This document shows, piece after piece, positions 39,150 through 49,819 of a DNA stretch of 64,000 nt. Under the pieces are notes generated by a model that saw only the letters and a list, made by a program, of their open reading frames with translations, had not been told where the DNA came from and made no database searches. Numbering within the stretch: position 1 is the first letter of the stretch; every line of letters begins with the position of its first letter. A program made the position numbers and the translations under genes. This DNA comes from an uncultured Verrucomicrobiae bacterium (GTDB lineage: Bacteria; Verrucomicrobiota; Verrucomicrobiia; Chthoniobacterales; Chthoniobacteraceae): positions 1,824,001 through 1,888,000 of the forward strand of contig CAWIKF010000002.1 in the NCBI GenBank assembly GCA_963836755.1, given 5' to 3'.

Positions 39150-39869
39150 CTACTTTTTCTCGTCCGGCGTCTTATTCTGAGACTGGTCCTCGGGCTTTTT
39201 GATGCCGAGCAGTTCCAGGTCGAACAGGAGCACCGAGTTGGGTGCGAGGCCTGAGCCTGGAGGCGGTTGTTCACCGTAGGCGAGATTGGCAGGCACGGCG
39301 AGTTGGTATTTTGATCCGACCGGCATCAGTTGCAGAGCCTCGGTCCAACCGGGGATGACTTCTTTGACGGGAAATTCCGCCGGTTCGTTGCGCTTGTAGG
39401 AGCTGTCGAATTCGTGACCGTCGATGGTCGTGCCGGCGTAGTTGGTGACGACGGTGTCGCTCGGTTTCGGAATCGGGCCTTTGCCTTGCGTCAGCACTTT
39501 ATATTGCAGGCCGCTCGAGGTCGTTTTCCATCCGTCCTTCTTTTTGTTGGCGTCAAGGTAGGCCTCACCGGCGGCTTTGTTTTTGCTGACCTCGGCCTGC
39601 GCCTTTGCGGCCATCTCAGTCGCAAATTGGTGCATGGTCGCCTCCATGTCTTGGTCGGTGAGCCGCGGTTTTGCGCCGCTGATGGCGTCGTTGATTCCGG
39701 CGGCGAGCATCGCGGAATTCACGTCGATTCCCTGGCTCTTCAGTTTCGAGCCGATGTTCATCCCGATCGAGTAGCTGACCTTGTCCTTCTGGTCTTTTGG
39801 CACGTCGTCGGCGTGGAGGGCAGTGGTGGTGAGGAGAGCCGCGCTGGCGGCGGCGATGATTTTGTTCAT
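39150..39869 (-). CDS. FKBP-type peptidyl-prolyl isomerase (FkpA/Mip-like)
   Basis: Signal peptide, SYSIG, SGLQY, EFDSSY, VIPGWTEAL. Confidence 0.95.
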   Translation of the reverse strand: MNKIIAAASAALLTTTALHADDVPKDQKDKVSYSIGMNIGSKLKSQGIDVNSAMLAAGINDAISGAKPRLTDQDMEATMHQFATEMAAKAQAEVSKNKAAGEAYLDANKKKDGWKTTSSGLQYKVLTQGKGPIPKPSDTVVTNYAGTTIDGHEFDSSYKRNEPAEFPVKEVIPGWTEALQLMPVGSKYQLAVPANLAYGEQPPPGSGLAPNSVLLFDLELLGIKKPEDQSQNKTPDEKK

Positions 39870-39947
39870 AAGGTAGAATCGCGTTTGTAGTGGAAAATTC
39901 TCGCGAGGCAAATCATTTGGCAAAGGCGAAAACGCAGCGGTGCCGGC

Positions 39948-40907
39948 TCAGCGGCGGCGGCGCGAATCGCTGCCGGTCGGCCTGTCGCCCGGGTATTGCT
40001 TTTGCGTTTTCCAGATGAGGCGCCAAGGCTCGTGTTTCACAGTGTCGCTGAATTGCTCGATGTTGTGGCCAGCTTCCTCGAGCCGCGGGCCCAATGCCGA
40101 CATCGTGCTGTCGAGTTTCTCCGAAGCGTGCCGGAAATTCCGGAGCGAGACTTCGATGTCTTCGTTCTTCGCGAGGTCGGTCGCGATTTTGTCGGCGCTC
40201 TGCAGCGCGCTTTGCAAATGGCTGTCGGGGCCGGTGATCATCTGGAGATTTTCGAGCGTGGCGTGGAGCTGTCCGTTTTTGCCGGAGAGATCGACAAGGT
40301 TCTCGCCAAGCTCGCGGAATTTGACCACGGCGAGGCTGAAGTCCGATTGCGGCGAGGTCATGACTTTCAAGTTATTCGCCGTGCCTTGCAGTTCGACCAT
40401 CGTCTTTTGCGCCTCGGTCGCCACGGGCGTGACGACATTTTTGATCACATCGACGGCGTCGGAAATCGACTGCGCGAAATCCTTCTGGCGCTCGCCGATA
40501 AAGTAAGCGTCGTTTGGCGCGATCTTGCTGCTTTCATCGCCCTCGGCGAAGTCGATCGCTTCCTCACCGAGCAGCGAATACGCGAGCATCCGCACTTTGA
40601 CTTTGCGGAAAATTTGCGCCGAGCGGTCGACGGTCACTTCGACCAGGCATTCGTAATTTTTGAAATTTGCCGGCCGATCCTGCTCGGGCACGGGCGAGCT
40701 GAGCTTCGTGACCTGGCCGATCTTGCGACCGGCGAGCATGACGGGCGCGCCTTGCTTGAGGCCGCCGGCGTTGTCGAAGAAAATGTGATACGTGTTGATC
40801 GGCTTGAAGACGCCGGGCGCGCCGAGCGCGAGCAGCACGGCTGTCAAAATGCCGAGGCTGACGATGACGAGCAGGCCGGTGCGGATTTCTTCTCTACGGA
40901 TTTGCAT
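39948..40907 (-). CDS. MCE/MlaD family protein
   Basis: N-terminal TM, GGLKQGAPVMLAG.KIGQV, LLGE. Confidence 0.9.
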   Translation of the reverse strand: MQIRREEIRTGLLVIVSLGILTAVLLALGAPGVFKPINTYHIFFDNAGGLKQGAPVMLAGRKIGQVTKLSSPVPEQDRPANFKNYECLVEVTVDRSAQIFRKVKVRMLAYSLLGEEAIDFAEGDESSKIAPNDAYFIGERQKDFAQSISDAVDVIKNVVTPVATEAQKTMVELQGTANNLKVMTSPQSDFSLAVVKFRELGENLVDLSGKNGQLHATLENLQMITGPDSHLQSALQSADKIATDLAKNEDIEVSLRNFRHASEKLDSTMSALGPRLEEAGHNIEQFSDTVKHEPWRLIWKTQKQYPGDRPTGSDSRRRR

Positions 40908-40937
40908 CTGGTTTTTTGGCGCGGGCGAAAGGCGTGG

Positions 40938-41714
40938 TCAGTTGGTTTTGTGCTCCATGATCGGGCCGTCGGTTTTTCCTTCCACGAATTGCGCGACCAC
41001 TTCGTTTTGCGAGCGGCGGAATCGCTCGGGGCGGTCCTCGACGATGATTTTGCCTTGATAAAGCATGGCCATCCGGGTGGCGATTTTAAAAGCGCTGTCC
41101 ATCTCGTGCGTGACGATGATGGAGGTGGTGTTCGTTTTTTCGGTCAATGAAATAATCAATTCGTCGATGACCGATGAAATGACTGGGTCGAGGCCTGCGC
41201 TCGGCTCATCGAAAAGAATCAACTCCGGCTCGAGCACGAGCGCGCGCGCGAGGCCGATCCGTTTTTTCATGCCGCCGGAAAGTTCGGCGGGCATTTGATC
41301 GCCGGTCTCTTCCATGCCGACCATGGAGAGCTTTTCCTCCACGATCGCGTCGATTTCCTTGTCGGACTTTGTCGTCAATTCTTCGAGCGGCAGCGCGAGA
41401 TTGTCGTGCACGCTGAGCGAGCTGATGAGCGCGCTGTATTGATAGACCATGCCGATTTTTTGCCGCATGCGGTTGAGCTTCGGCCGGTTCATGCGCGTGA
41501 CTTCGCGGCCTTGGAATTTCACGCTGCCGCGCGTCGGATGCAGGATGCCGAGGATCAAGCGCAGCGTCGTGCTTTTGCCGCTGCCGCTCTGGCCGAGGAT
41601 GACGAGGCGTTCGCGCGGTTGCACGGTGAGGTCGAGGCCGCAGAGGATTCGTTTTTCGCCAAAGCGCAAATCGACGCCCTGCATTTCGACGATCGGGGTT
41701 TCGGGTTCCATCAA
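40938..41714 (-). CDS. MlaF/Mkl family ABC ATPase
   Basis: GQSGSGKS, LSGGMKKR, FDEPSAGLDP. Confidence 0.93.
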   Translation of the reverse strand: MMEPETPIVEMQGVDLRFGEKRILCGLDLTVQPRERLVILGQSGSGKSTTLRLILGILHPTRGSVKFQGREVTRMNRPKLNRMRQKIGMVYQYSALISSLSVHDNLALPLEELTTKSDKEIDAIVEEKLSMVGMEETGDQMPAELSGGMKKRIGLARALVLEPELILFDEPSAGLDPVISSVIDELIISLTEKTNTTSIIVTHEMDSAFKIATRMAMLYQGKIIVEDRPERFRRSQNEVVAQFVEGKTDGPIMEHKTN

Positions 41715-42502
41715 TCGTAAAGCGAGATGAGCACGATATTGGCCAGCGTGTCGATGGCGATGACCACGGTGATCGCCGTGACCACGCTCGAAGTGGTCGA
41801 GTCGCCCACGCCCGCCGCGCCACCGCGGACGGTGAGCCCTTTATAACAAGAGACGAGGCCGATGATGAGGCCGAAGAGAAAACTTTTCACCACGCCCGCG
41901 ATGATGTCGCGCCGCTGAAGCGAGTCGTGGACGAGGTCGATGAAATACGGGTAGGGGATGTTGAATTGCAGCCGCGAGATAAACGCCGCGCCGAGCAGCG
42001 CGGTGAGGTTCGAAAGTGTGACGAGGCAAGGCATCAGCAGAAAAACCGACAGCACGCGCGGCGAAACCAGAAAGCGCAACGGCCCCACCCCCATCGCCTC
42101 GATCGCCTCGACTTCCTCGGCGACCGTCATCGTGCCAAGCTCCGCCGTGTAAGCCGCGCCGATGCGCGCCGCGACCATGATTCCCGTGATCAATGGCCCG
42201 AGCTCGCGCGTAAAGCCGACCGCGACCAATCCCGGCACGAGCCGCTCCGTGCCGAAAGTTTCCAGCTGATAGCCGGTCAAAAGTGCCATCGTCATCCCGA
42301 GAAAAAGTGACACCAGCGCGACGAGCGGGATCGAGCCGACGCCGGCCCGATCCGTCTGCTCGAAAAAAATCGACGCACGAAATGGCATCCGCCCGCGCCG
42401 CATGTGCTCGAGCGTTTCCTCGATCGTCTCGACCAGCAGCCAGACGACGCTGCTCAAATCCTGAAGTGCGCGGCGAACGGGCGCGATGCGATCGAGAATC
42501 AT
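41711..42502 (-). CDS. MlaE family permease
   Basis: RELGP, AELGTM, GGAAGVG.STT. Confidence 0.93.
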   Translation of the reverse strand: MILDRIAPVRRALQDLSSVVWLLVETIEETLEHMRRGRMPFRASIFFEQTDRAGVGSIPLVALVSLFLGMTMALLTGYQLETFGTERLVPGLVAVGFTRELGPLITGIMVAARIGAAYTAELGTMTVAEEVEAIEAMGVGPLRFLVSPRVLSVFLLMPCLVTLSNLTALLGAAFISRLQFNIPYPYFIDLVHDSLQRRDIIAGVVKSFLFGLIIGLVSCYKGLTVRGGAAGVGDSTTSSVVTAITVVIAIDTLANIVLISLYD

Positions 42503-42602
42503 GCGGCGAAACAATCTGACGCAGGCGCGAGCATTGTCGATGCGTTTGCACGGAGCGGAATCATCCCGCTCATTCGATTTTCGGCGGAAGTTTGGCGGTT
42601 CA

Positions 42603-43424
42603 TCATTGCACCTGCACCACCAGCGCCGTCGTGTTGTCGCTGCCCGAGCGCGCGACCGATTCGCGCACGAGATGCGCTGCCGGGTCGGCATCTGCGCGCG
42701 CCATTTCCTCCAGCTGATTGTCGTAAAGCCCGTTGATCAACCCATCCGTGCAGAGCAAAAAAAGATCGCCCGGCTCATACGCGATCGCGCCAACCTGCGG
42801 CTCGACGAACTGATGCCCGGCGCCGAGCGCCTTTTGCAGCACGTTGCGCCGCGGATGCGTGCGCGCTTCGCGTTCGTTGAGCTTTGCGTTGCGAAAAAGC
42901 CAGCCGACGTGCGTGTCATCCTGCGTGACCTGGCGGATCCCGCCCGTGCGCCCCGGCAAAAAATAAATCCTGCTGTCGCCGATGTGGCCAAAATACATCC
43001 AGCCCGGCGCGAACCAGCACAGGCTCAGCGTCGCCCCCATCCCGGTGCACTCCTCGTAACTTTCGCCGAGAAATAAAAGCGCGCGGTGGATCTGGTCGAA
43101 AAGTTCGACGAGCACGTCATCGACGCCGGCGTTGATCCCTGTGACCGCTTGTTTAAACGAACGCGGAAGCAGCCGCGTGATTTTTTCCACCGTGATGCGG
43201 CTTGCAAATTCTCCCGCCAGCGCGCCGCCCATTCCATCGCTCACGGCAAAGACAAAGTCGGCGTCGAGCGTGGATGCGTCGCCGACCTTTCCCAAAAACT
43301 GCACTTCCTCGGCATTGAAGCGGAGGCACAAAAACGAATCCTCGTTGTTGCGCCGAACTTTGCCGCGATCCGTCTGGCCGAACCAGCGGAGCTGCACCGC
43401 GGTTTTATTCGCGGTTTCCATCAT
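42603..43424 (-). CDS. PP2C-family Ser/Thr phosphatase
   Basis: NED, DGMGG, GMGAT, HIGDSR, CTDGL, DNTT. Confidence 0.95.
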   Translation of the reverse strand: MMETANKTAVQLRWFGQTDRGKVRRNNEDSFLCLRFNAEEVQFLGKVGDASTLDADFVFAVSDGMGGALAGEFASRITVEKITRLLPRSFKQAVTGINAGVDDVLVELFDQIHRALLFLGESYEECTGMGATLSLCWFAPGWMYFGHIGDSRIYFLPGRTGGIRQVTQDDTHVGWLFRNAKLNEREARTHPRRNVLQKALGAGHQFVEPQVGAIAYEPGDLFLLCTDGLINGLYDNQLEEMARADADPAAHLVRESVARSGSDNTTALVVQVQ

Positions 43425-43812
43425 CGGTTTTTTCGAAGCCTGGGAGGATCTCGGCGAATTCAAAATCGATCAGGCAAAAGCGCCCGTCGGATTGCCGATA
43501 CGTCACGTTGCGCAGTTCCGGGTCGTCGTGCTTCACGCCGAAACTCTCGAGCTCGGCAAACAATTCGCGCATCCGGTTTTCATCGAGATGCTCGACGCGG
43601 CTGCCGCAGTTCGTCGTCACAATCCGCAACTGCGACTCATCGCTCTCCAGCAAGCGCGGCACGAAAGGGCAGCCGCATTTTTCCAGATGACGCAGCACAC
43701 GGACTTCGTTTGCGAAACGTTCGGCAGCTTTTGGTCCGCGAAAAGTTTTGAAGACACGGCCGTCAAAACTCAGCCGCACTTTGGCGCGCAGCGTATCTTT
43801 TACGTCATGCAT
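43405..43812 (-). CDS. Minimal protein-kinase-like protein
   Basis: VFK, NEVRVL, HDDPELRN catalytic loop, LIDFE. Confidence 0.7.
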   Translation of the reverse strand: MHDVKDTLRAKVRLSFDGRVFKTFRGPKAAERFANEVRVLRHLEKCGCPFVPRLLESDESQLRIVTTNCGSRVEHLDENRMRELFAELESFGVKHDDPELRNVTYRQSDGRFCLIDFEFAEILPGFEKTDDGNRE

Positions 43813-43940
43813 GGAACCAGCAAGATGCATGACTCCGCCGCACGGGCAAGCGGGAGTTGCCGCGTGCGATGGCGGTTTTTGTCAAAGGTGGAGATTGTCT
43901 GCTGAGGTCGCCGGCGATATGCTTCGGAATTCCAATCCCT

Positions 43941-44165
43941 ATGGAACCAACCGAAACTCAAGCGGCAGCTCGCATCGACAGTGCAACCGAACCGAAGGCA
44001 GGCCGGATCAAAGCCGTCGCGTGGCTCGCCGGGGTGACAGCGGTCTTCGCGATTATCGGGATGAGTGATAGTGCCAACCACGTATCGGTGGGGATGGGCA
44101 TCGGTGTCATCGGCGTTTCGGCCATGGTTGCTTACGTCAGTTATCTCATTTTGAAAGTGGCTTGA
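43941..44165 (+). CDS. Small two-TM membrane protein
   Basis: Two hydrophobic helices. Confidence 0.55.
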   Translation: MEPTETQAAARIDSATEPKAGRIKAVAWLAGVTAVFAIIGMSDSANHVSVGMGIGVIGVSAMVAYVSYLILKVA

Positions 44166-44204
44166 GCGATTGATCGCGGACGACTGGCGAAACGTGCGGG
44201 TTCA

Positions 44205-44233
44205 TTGACAAAGCGCAGTCTCATTTCGATACT
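44205..44233 (+). promoter_or_regulatory. Sigma70-type promoter, probably leaderless transcript
   Basis: TTGACA-N17-GATACT, with the ATG 7 nt later. Confidence 0.65.
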
Positions 44234-44240
44234 GCCAGTG

Positions 44241-44990
44241 ATGAGTTTGGACTTGAATGATCTGCTCCGCGACTGGCCCCACGAACCGGGCCAGATCAAG
44301 GTGCGAAAAGTGGAAGGAACCGATGGCCGGGAGAAGATTCAGCTCCGCATCGACCTCGGGTTGATCCAGATGGAAACCAGCGGGAGACCGGATGGACAAA
44401 GGCCGCACGGCGCGGAGTCGCTGCTGGCCTATCACGTCGCGCGCGCAAAGGAAAAGGAAGCGGCGGGCGAAACCTACACGCTCAGCGCGGAGGATTGCAG
44501 CGAGCTGCAGCAGGAGGGAATCCAGTTTTACCACCGCTACATCGCGCTCTTTCAGCTCAATGATTTTCCGAGCGTGATTCGGGACACGCAGCGCAATCTC
44601 GATTTGTTCAACTTTGTTTGCGACCACGCCGAAAAGGAGGAGCTCGCCGCGAGTTTCGAGCAGTTTCGCCCCTACGTCATCATGATGAACACGCGCGCGA
44701 AGGCTTCCATCGAGCTCGAGCGCGAGGATTACGTCGCGGCCGTGCGGCAGATCGAACGCGGACGGGAAAAAATCGTCGATGTTTACAGCGAACGGAATAC
44801 GCCGGAGATGGTGACGAGCAGCCCGGAGATCGCGTTTCTCGACGAATGGATCGAGGAAGTGCGCGCGAAGCGTCCGCTTTCGAAACTCGAAATCATGCAG
44901 CGCGAAATGGATGCCGCGATCGCAACCGAAGCGTATGAACGCGCGGCGGAATTGCGCGACGCGATCAAGGCGTATCGCAATAAAGAGTGA
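44241..44990 (+). CDS. UvrB/UvrC-motif-containing protein
   Basis: C-terminal AIATEAYERAAELRDAI. Confidence 0.8.
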   Translation: MSLDLNDLLRDWPHEPGQIKVRKVEGTDGREKIQLRIDLGLIQMETSGRPDGQRPHGAESLLAYHVARAKEKEAAGETYTLSAEDCSELQQEGIQFYHRYIALFQLNDFPSVIRDTQRNLDLFNFVCDHAEKEELAASFEQFRPYVIMMNTRAKASIELEREDYVAAVRQIERGREKIVDVYSERNTPEMVTSSPEIAFLDEWIEEVRAKRPLSKLEIMQREMDAAIATEAYERAAELRDAIKAYRNKE

Positions 44991-45055
44991 GCCTGCCCGC
45001 GCGTATGCGCCGCAGTCAGCATCGGAGTTTTTACTCGATCCGCCTTGCCGCCCGG

Positions 45056-46999
45056 ATGAAAAAAATCGCACGACTCGTGCCGGTTTTCCTGCTCGCCGCG
45101 TGCGGAAATAATCCGCATCCCGCCGCGCTACACACGCAGCGCGCCGACGGATCGCCTTGGGTTGTTTTTTACCGGGCCGTCCCGGAAGACCCGCGCACAC
45201 TCGATCCGCAGGTTTGCTACGACACGCTCAGCAATCTTTTCGTCTCCACGCTTTACGAGAGCATGCTGCAATACGCGCCGTTCCAGACCGAACCTTACGC
45301 GCTCGAGCCGTGCCTCGCTGAGTCAATGCCGGAGCGGACGAAAAATGCGGACGGGACGGAAAGTTATCTATTCAAGATCAAGCGGGGACTCCGTTTCCAT
45401 GACGATCCTTGTTTTACGAATGGCGTCGGTCGTGAAGTTGTCGCGCAGGATATCCTCTACGCGCTCCATCGCATCGCCGACCCGAAGGTGGAATGCCCGG
45501 TGCTCTCGACGCTCGGCAACTATTTGCCCGGGTTGAACGAGGCCTACGAGAACGCACGAAAGACCGGGAAGTTTGATTACGCGCAGCCGCTCGCATGTTG
45601 CGAGTTGATCGACGACCACACTTTTCGCCTGCACCTCAGCCGCGCGTATCCGCAGATTTTGTATTGGTTCGCGATGCCGTTCACCGCGCCGGTTCCTCGC
45701 GAGGCTGTCGACTTTTACGACGGCGCATGGCATGACGGCGTGACGCGTGATCAGTTTAAATTTCATGCCGTCGGCACCGGCGCATTCCAGCAGGCGGAGT
45801 GGAGTCGCGGTCGTTTGATCCGGCTCGTGCGCGACGACCATTATCGCGCCACCGCGTTTCCAGAAAACGGCTGGAAACTAGGGGATGAGACGCACTTTCG
45901 CCCGCTCGCCGGTCACGCGCTGCCGTTCGTCGACGAGGTGCAATTCGCGATCATTCACGAAAGCATACCGGGCTGGCTGCTGTTCCGGCAGGGGTATGAG
46001 GACCGCAGCGGCATCGGCAAAGACGTGTTTCATTCCGTGTTAAATAACGTCCAACAACTGACGCCGGAATATCGCGCCCGCGGCATCCAGCTTTACAAAG
46101 ATGCCGAGCCGACGACGAGCTACGCCGTGTTTAACATGGAGGATCCGGTGCTCGGTAAAAACAAGCCGCTGCGGCAAGCGATCTCGAGCGCTTACGACGA
46201 GCAACTTGCGAACCAGATTTTTTTTAACGGCGTAGACCTTGATGCGCAGCAGCTTTTGCCGCCGGGCGTGATCGGGCATCAGTCGAATTTCGAAAATCCT
46301 TACCGCCAGCACGATCTTCCGCTCGCGCGGCGCTTGATGAAAGACGCCGGATATCCCGATGGCGTCGATGCGCGCACCGGTCAGCAGCTCGAGCTCTCGG
46401 TTGATCTCACGGCCGAAAGCGCCGAGGGCCGCCAGATGGCGGAGTTTGAAAAAAACCAGATCGAGCAGTTGGGCATCCGCGTCAACCTCAATGAGAACAC
46501 GTGGGCGCGCCTGCTCGACAAAATGGAGCACGGGCAATTTCAAATCTACGCCGGCTCCGGCTGGAACGCGGACTATCCCGATCCAGAAAACTTTTTTGCG
46601 CTGTTCTACTCGAAGAATTTTCCGCCGCAGGGTTCAAACAGCGGCCGCTACAACAACCCCGTTTACGATCGGATTTTCGAGCAAATGAGCACGATGGACA
46701 ATGGCCCCGGGCGGTTGCAGTTGATCGCTCAGCTCAACTCGATTCTGGTTGAGGACTGCCCATTTGTGCTCAATGCCCACAGCGTCGTCTTCAGCCTCGC
46801 GCAGCCATGGACACCGCGTGTCACAGAGAACGCGATGTTAAACAACGGCATGAAATACGTGCAGCTTGATCCGCGAATGCGCGTCGCGAAACAGCGCCAG
46901 TGGAACGAGGTAAATTATTTTCCCGCGTGGCTGACGCTTGGTGTCGTGGCCGTCGGCGCGGGCAGCGCGCTCGCGTGGAACAGAAAACGGAATGTTTAG
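45056..46999 (+). CDS. ABC peptide-binding lipoprotein (SBP family 5)
   Basis: LLAAC lipobox, TLDP, RFHDD, GTGAF, W.ADYPDPENF. Confidence 0.9.
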   Translation: MKKIARLVPVFLLAACGNNPHPAALHTQRADGSPWVVFYRAVPEDPRTLDPQVCYDTLSNLFVSTLYESMLQYAPFQTEPYALEPCLAESMPERTKNADGTESYLFKIKRGLRFHDDPCFTNGVGREVVAQDILYALHRIADPKVECPVLSTLGNYLPGLNEAYENARKTGKFDYAQPLACCELIDDHTFRLHLSRAYPQILYWFAMPFTAPVPREAVDFYDGAWHDGVTRDQFKFHAVGTGAFQQAEWSRGRLIRLVRDDHYRATAFPENGWKLGDETHFRPLAGHALPFVDEVQFAIIHESIPGWLLFRQGYEDRSGIGKDVFHSVLNNVQQLTPEYRARGIQLYKDAEPTTSYAVFNMEDPVLGKNKPLRQAISSAYDEQLANQIFFNGVDLDAQQLLPPGVIGHQSNFENPYRQHDLPLARRLMKDAGYPDGVDARTGQQLELSVDLTAESAEGRQMAEFEKNQIEQLGIRVNLNENTWARLLDKMEHGQFQIYAGSGWNADYPDPENFFALFYSKNFPPQGSNSGRYNNPVYDRIFEQMSTMDNGPGRLQLIAQLNSILVEDCPFVLNAHSVVFSLAQPWTPRVTENAMLNNGMKYVQLDPRMRVAKQRQWNEVNYFPAWLTLGVVAVGAGSALAWNRKRNV

Positions 47000-47966
47000 C
47001 TACCTCATCCGCCGCATTCTTTACATGGTGCCGATCGTGGTCGGGGTGATGGTGATCACGTTCGTGCTTTTTTACGTGGTGCAAAAACCACGCGCGATGG
47101 CGCTGCGCATCCTCGGGCCGAAAGCCTCGCCGCAAGCCGTGGAAAACTGGCTGCACAACCGCGGCTACGACAAACCGGTGTATTTCAACACGCGGCCCGG
47201 CCACAACTTTCTTGATTCACAGTTTTTTAACAACCTGAAAGCACTTGCAGTTTTCGATCTCGGCGTTTCCGACGCCACTGGCGAGCCGGTGCTCGAAATG
47301 TTCAAGCATGGCGCGATCCCTTCGCTCATGATTACGCTGCCGGCTTTCGTGCTTGGTTTTTTTCTCGCGCTCGCTCTTTCGCTCTTCCTGGTTTTCGTCC
47401 GCGATTCACCGATCGACCTCGGCGGCATCATCGCCTGCGTCTGCCTGATGAGCGTGCCGATCATGGTCTACGTAATTTTCGGACAATGGTTGATGGCGAA
47501 TCAGCTCAAATATTTTCCCGCGTTCGGTTTCAACATCGAGGGATTTTCCACGCTGAAGTTTCTCGCGCTTCCTGTCTGCATCATGATCGTGAGCGGCCTC
47601 GGTGTGGACGTGCGGCTTTATCGCTCAATATTTCTCGAGGAAGTGCGCGCGGAATATGTGCGGACGGCGCAAGCGAAAGGCGCGTCGCACGCACGCGTGT
47701 TGCTCGGGCATGTTTTGAAAAACGGGATGATTTCGCTGATCACGCTCGTCGTCGCGTCGCTGCCATTTTTGATCATGGGCACGCTCGTGCTGGAAAGTTT
47801 TTTCGGCATTCCCGGCCTCGGTAATCTCGCGATCAATGCGATTCACACGTCCGATTTTTCCGTCGTCCGTGCCGACGTTTATCTCGGCTCGCTGCTGTAT
47901 CTCCTTGGGTTGTTGCTGACTGATATTTCCTATGCGGCTGTCGATCCGCGCATTCGCTTTGATTAA
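46992..47966 (+). CDS. ABC peptide permease (OppB/DppB-like)
   Basis: YLIRR, YVRTAQAKG, DPRIR. Confidence 0.93.
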   Translation: MFSYLIRRILYMVPIVVGVMVITFVLFYVVQKPRAMALRILGPKASPQAVENWLHNRGYDKPVYFNTRPGHNFLDSQFFNNLKALAVFDLGVSDATGEPVLEMFKHGAIPSLMITLPAFVLGFFLALALSLFLVFVRDSPIDLGGIIACVCLMSVPIMVYVIFGQWLMANQLKYFPAFGFNIEGFSTLKFLALPVCIMIVSGLGVDVRLYRSIFLEEVRAEYVRTAQAKGASHARVLLGHVLKNGMISLITLVVASLPFLIMGTLVLESFFGIPGLGNLAINAIHTSDFSVVRADVYLGSLLYLLGLLLTDISYAAVDPRIRFD

Positions 47967-47969
47967 ACA

Positions 47970-48971
47970 ATGAGCATCTGGGTGCAAAACTCGCTCCTCG
48001 CTGGCGTTACGCTATTTTTTGCGATCCTAACTTTTCGCTTCGTGCGCACGGAGCGCTGGAAGCGAGCGTGGAAGCGCCTTCGCAGGCAAAAGCTCGCGTT
48101 GTTGTCGCTCGCGATTATCGGAATTTATCTCCTCGCCGCGATTCTTGATTGCGTCGCGTTGCCTTCGAAAAACTCGGCGCGGCAGATGAGTTTGCTCGAT
48201 TACTTTTTTCGCGGCGTTCCGACGGAGGAGGGTTACAGCGCTCCGCTCGCGAGGCAAGTTTACATGCTGAACAAAACCATTCCGCTGCACGGGCGTCATC
48301 TTCTCGGCACGGATCTGCTCGGAAAAGATGTCTTTTTACAAACGCTAAAAGGTTGCCGCACGGCGCTGCTCGTTGCTGGATTGACGAGCCTTGTTTACAT
48401 TCCGCTCGGCACTTTTCTCGGCATCGCCGCCGGCTATTACCGCGGTTGGGTCGACGATTTGATCCAATACGTCTACAGCACTTTCGCGTCGATTCCCGGC
48501 ATTCTGCTGGTCATCGCGACGCTGCTGATTCTCGGCCGCGGCATTGATCGCACCGCGCTTGCGCTAAGCCTCACAGCGTGGGTTGGAATCTGTCGATTGA
48601 TTCGCGGCGAAACTTTTCGGCAGGCCGCGCGGCCTTACACGGAAGCGGCGCGTGCGCTTGGGCAGCGCGACCTGCGCATCATCGGGCAGCACATTTTGCC
48701 AAACGTTATGCACCTCGTGGTGATCAACTTCGTGCTCGGTTTTTCCGGGCTCGTTCTCGCCGAGGCAATGTTGAGTTATCTCGGCGTCGGCGTGCCAGTC
48801 GGCACTGCGTCGTGGGGTGTGATGCTCGACTCGGGCCGCATGGAATTAAGCCGCGAACCCGTCGTCTGGTGGAATCTCACCGCGGCGACCATGGCAGTTT
48901 TTTTTCTGGTGCTGTCGCTGAATTTGTTTGGCGATGCATTGCAGAAAGCCTTTGATCCGAAAGCCGCATGA
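47970..48971 (+). CDS. ABC peptide permease (OppC/DppC-like)
   Basis: HLLGTD.LGKD, EAARALG, HILPN. Confidence 0.93.
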   Translation: MSIWVQNSLLAGVTLFFAILTFRFVRTERWKRAWKRLRRQKLALLSLAIIGIYLLAAILDCVALPSKNSARQMSLLDYFFRGVPTEEGYSAPLARQVYMLNKTIPLHGRHLLGTDLLGKDVFLQTLKGCRTALLVAGLTSLVYIPLGTFLGIAAGYYRGWVDDLIQYVYSTFASIPGILLVIATLLILGRGIDRTALALSLTAWVGICRLIRGETFRQAARPYTEAARALGQRDLRIIGQHILPNVMHLVVINFVLGFSGLVLAEAMLSYLGVGVPVGTASWGVMLDSGRMELSREPVVWWNLTAATMAVFFLVLSLNLFGDALQKAFDPKAA

Positions 48972-49816
48972 ACGCCGAACCTTTGCTCGCAGTGCGCGAT
49001 CTTTCGATTCGTTTTCGCACGGAAAACGGCGTCGTCGATGCAGTAAAAAATATTTCGTTCAATCTTGAGGCGGGCGAAACTCTGGCGATCGTCGGCGAAA
49101 GCGGCAGCGGAAAAAGTGTAACTGCGCTTTCGCTCACGCGCCTGCTGCCGGAGCCGCCGGCGGAATATCCGTCGGGCGGAATTCTCTGGAAAAATGCGGA
49201 CGTCTTGAAAATGGGCGCGAACGATCTGCGCAAAGTTCGTGGCGGACAAATTGCGTATATTTTTCAGGAGCCTTCCACGTCTTTAAATCCTGTTTATACG
49301 ATCCGGAATCAAATTGCCGAGGCGATCAGGCTGCATCGCCGCGATGTCCGCGACGTCGATGCGGAGATCGTGAAGTGGCTGAATCTCGTCGGCATCGTGG
49401 ATCCGGAAAAGCGGATGCGCGACTATCCGCACCAGCTCAGCGGCGGAATGCAGCAGCGCGCGATGATCGCGATGGCGCTCTCGTGCCAGCCGGATTTGCT
49501 CGTGGCCGACGAGCCGACAACTGCGCTCGATGTAACGATTCAGGCGCAGATTATGGAGCAACTGCGCGAGTTAAAATCAAAACTCTCGATGTCGATTATT
49601 TTGATTACGCACAACTTTGGGATCATCGGCGACATCGCCGACAATGTCGCAGTGATGTTTCGCGGAAGAATTGTCGAATACGGCGCGACCAACTCAGTGC
49701 TAAACAATCCACAACATCCTTATACACGGGCGCTCATTGATTGCATTCCGCGGCTCGGGGCGCGGCGCGAGAGGCTGACAACGATCGATCACGCCGCGCT
49801 GGAAGCCGCGATTTAA
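48968..49816 (+). CDS. ABC peptide ATPase (OppD/DppD-like)
   Basis: [28 protein letters not shown]. Confidence 0.95.
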   Translation: MNAEPLLAVRDLSIRFRTENGVVDAVKNISFNLEAGETLAIVGESGSGKSVTALSLTRLLPEPPAEYPSGGILWKNADVLKMGANDLRKVRGGQIAYIFQEPSTSLNPVYTIRNQIAEAIRLHRRDVRDVDAEIVKWLNLVGIVDPEKRMRDYPHQLSGGMQQRAMIAMALSCQPDLLVADEPTTALDVTIQAQIMEQLRELKSKLSMSIILITHNFGIIGDIADNVAVMFRGRIVEYGATNSVLNNPQHPYTRALIDCIPRLGARRERLTTIDHAALEAAI

Positions 49817-49819
49817 GCG

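Noticed and set aside
38759..39254. Pro/Gly-rich ORFs on both strands
   Set aside because: They are by-products of a stop-free 21-bp repeat, and they overlap trxA or the FKBP gene.
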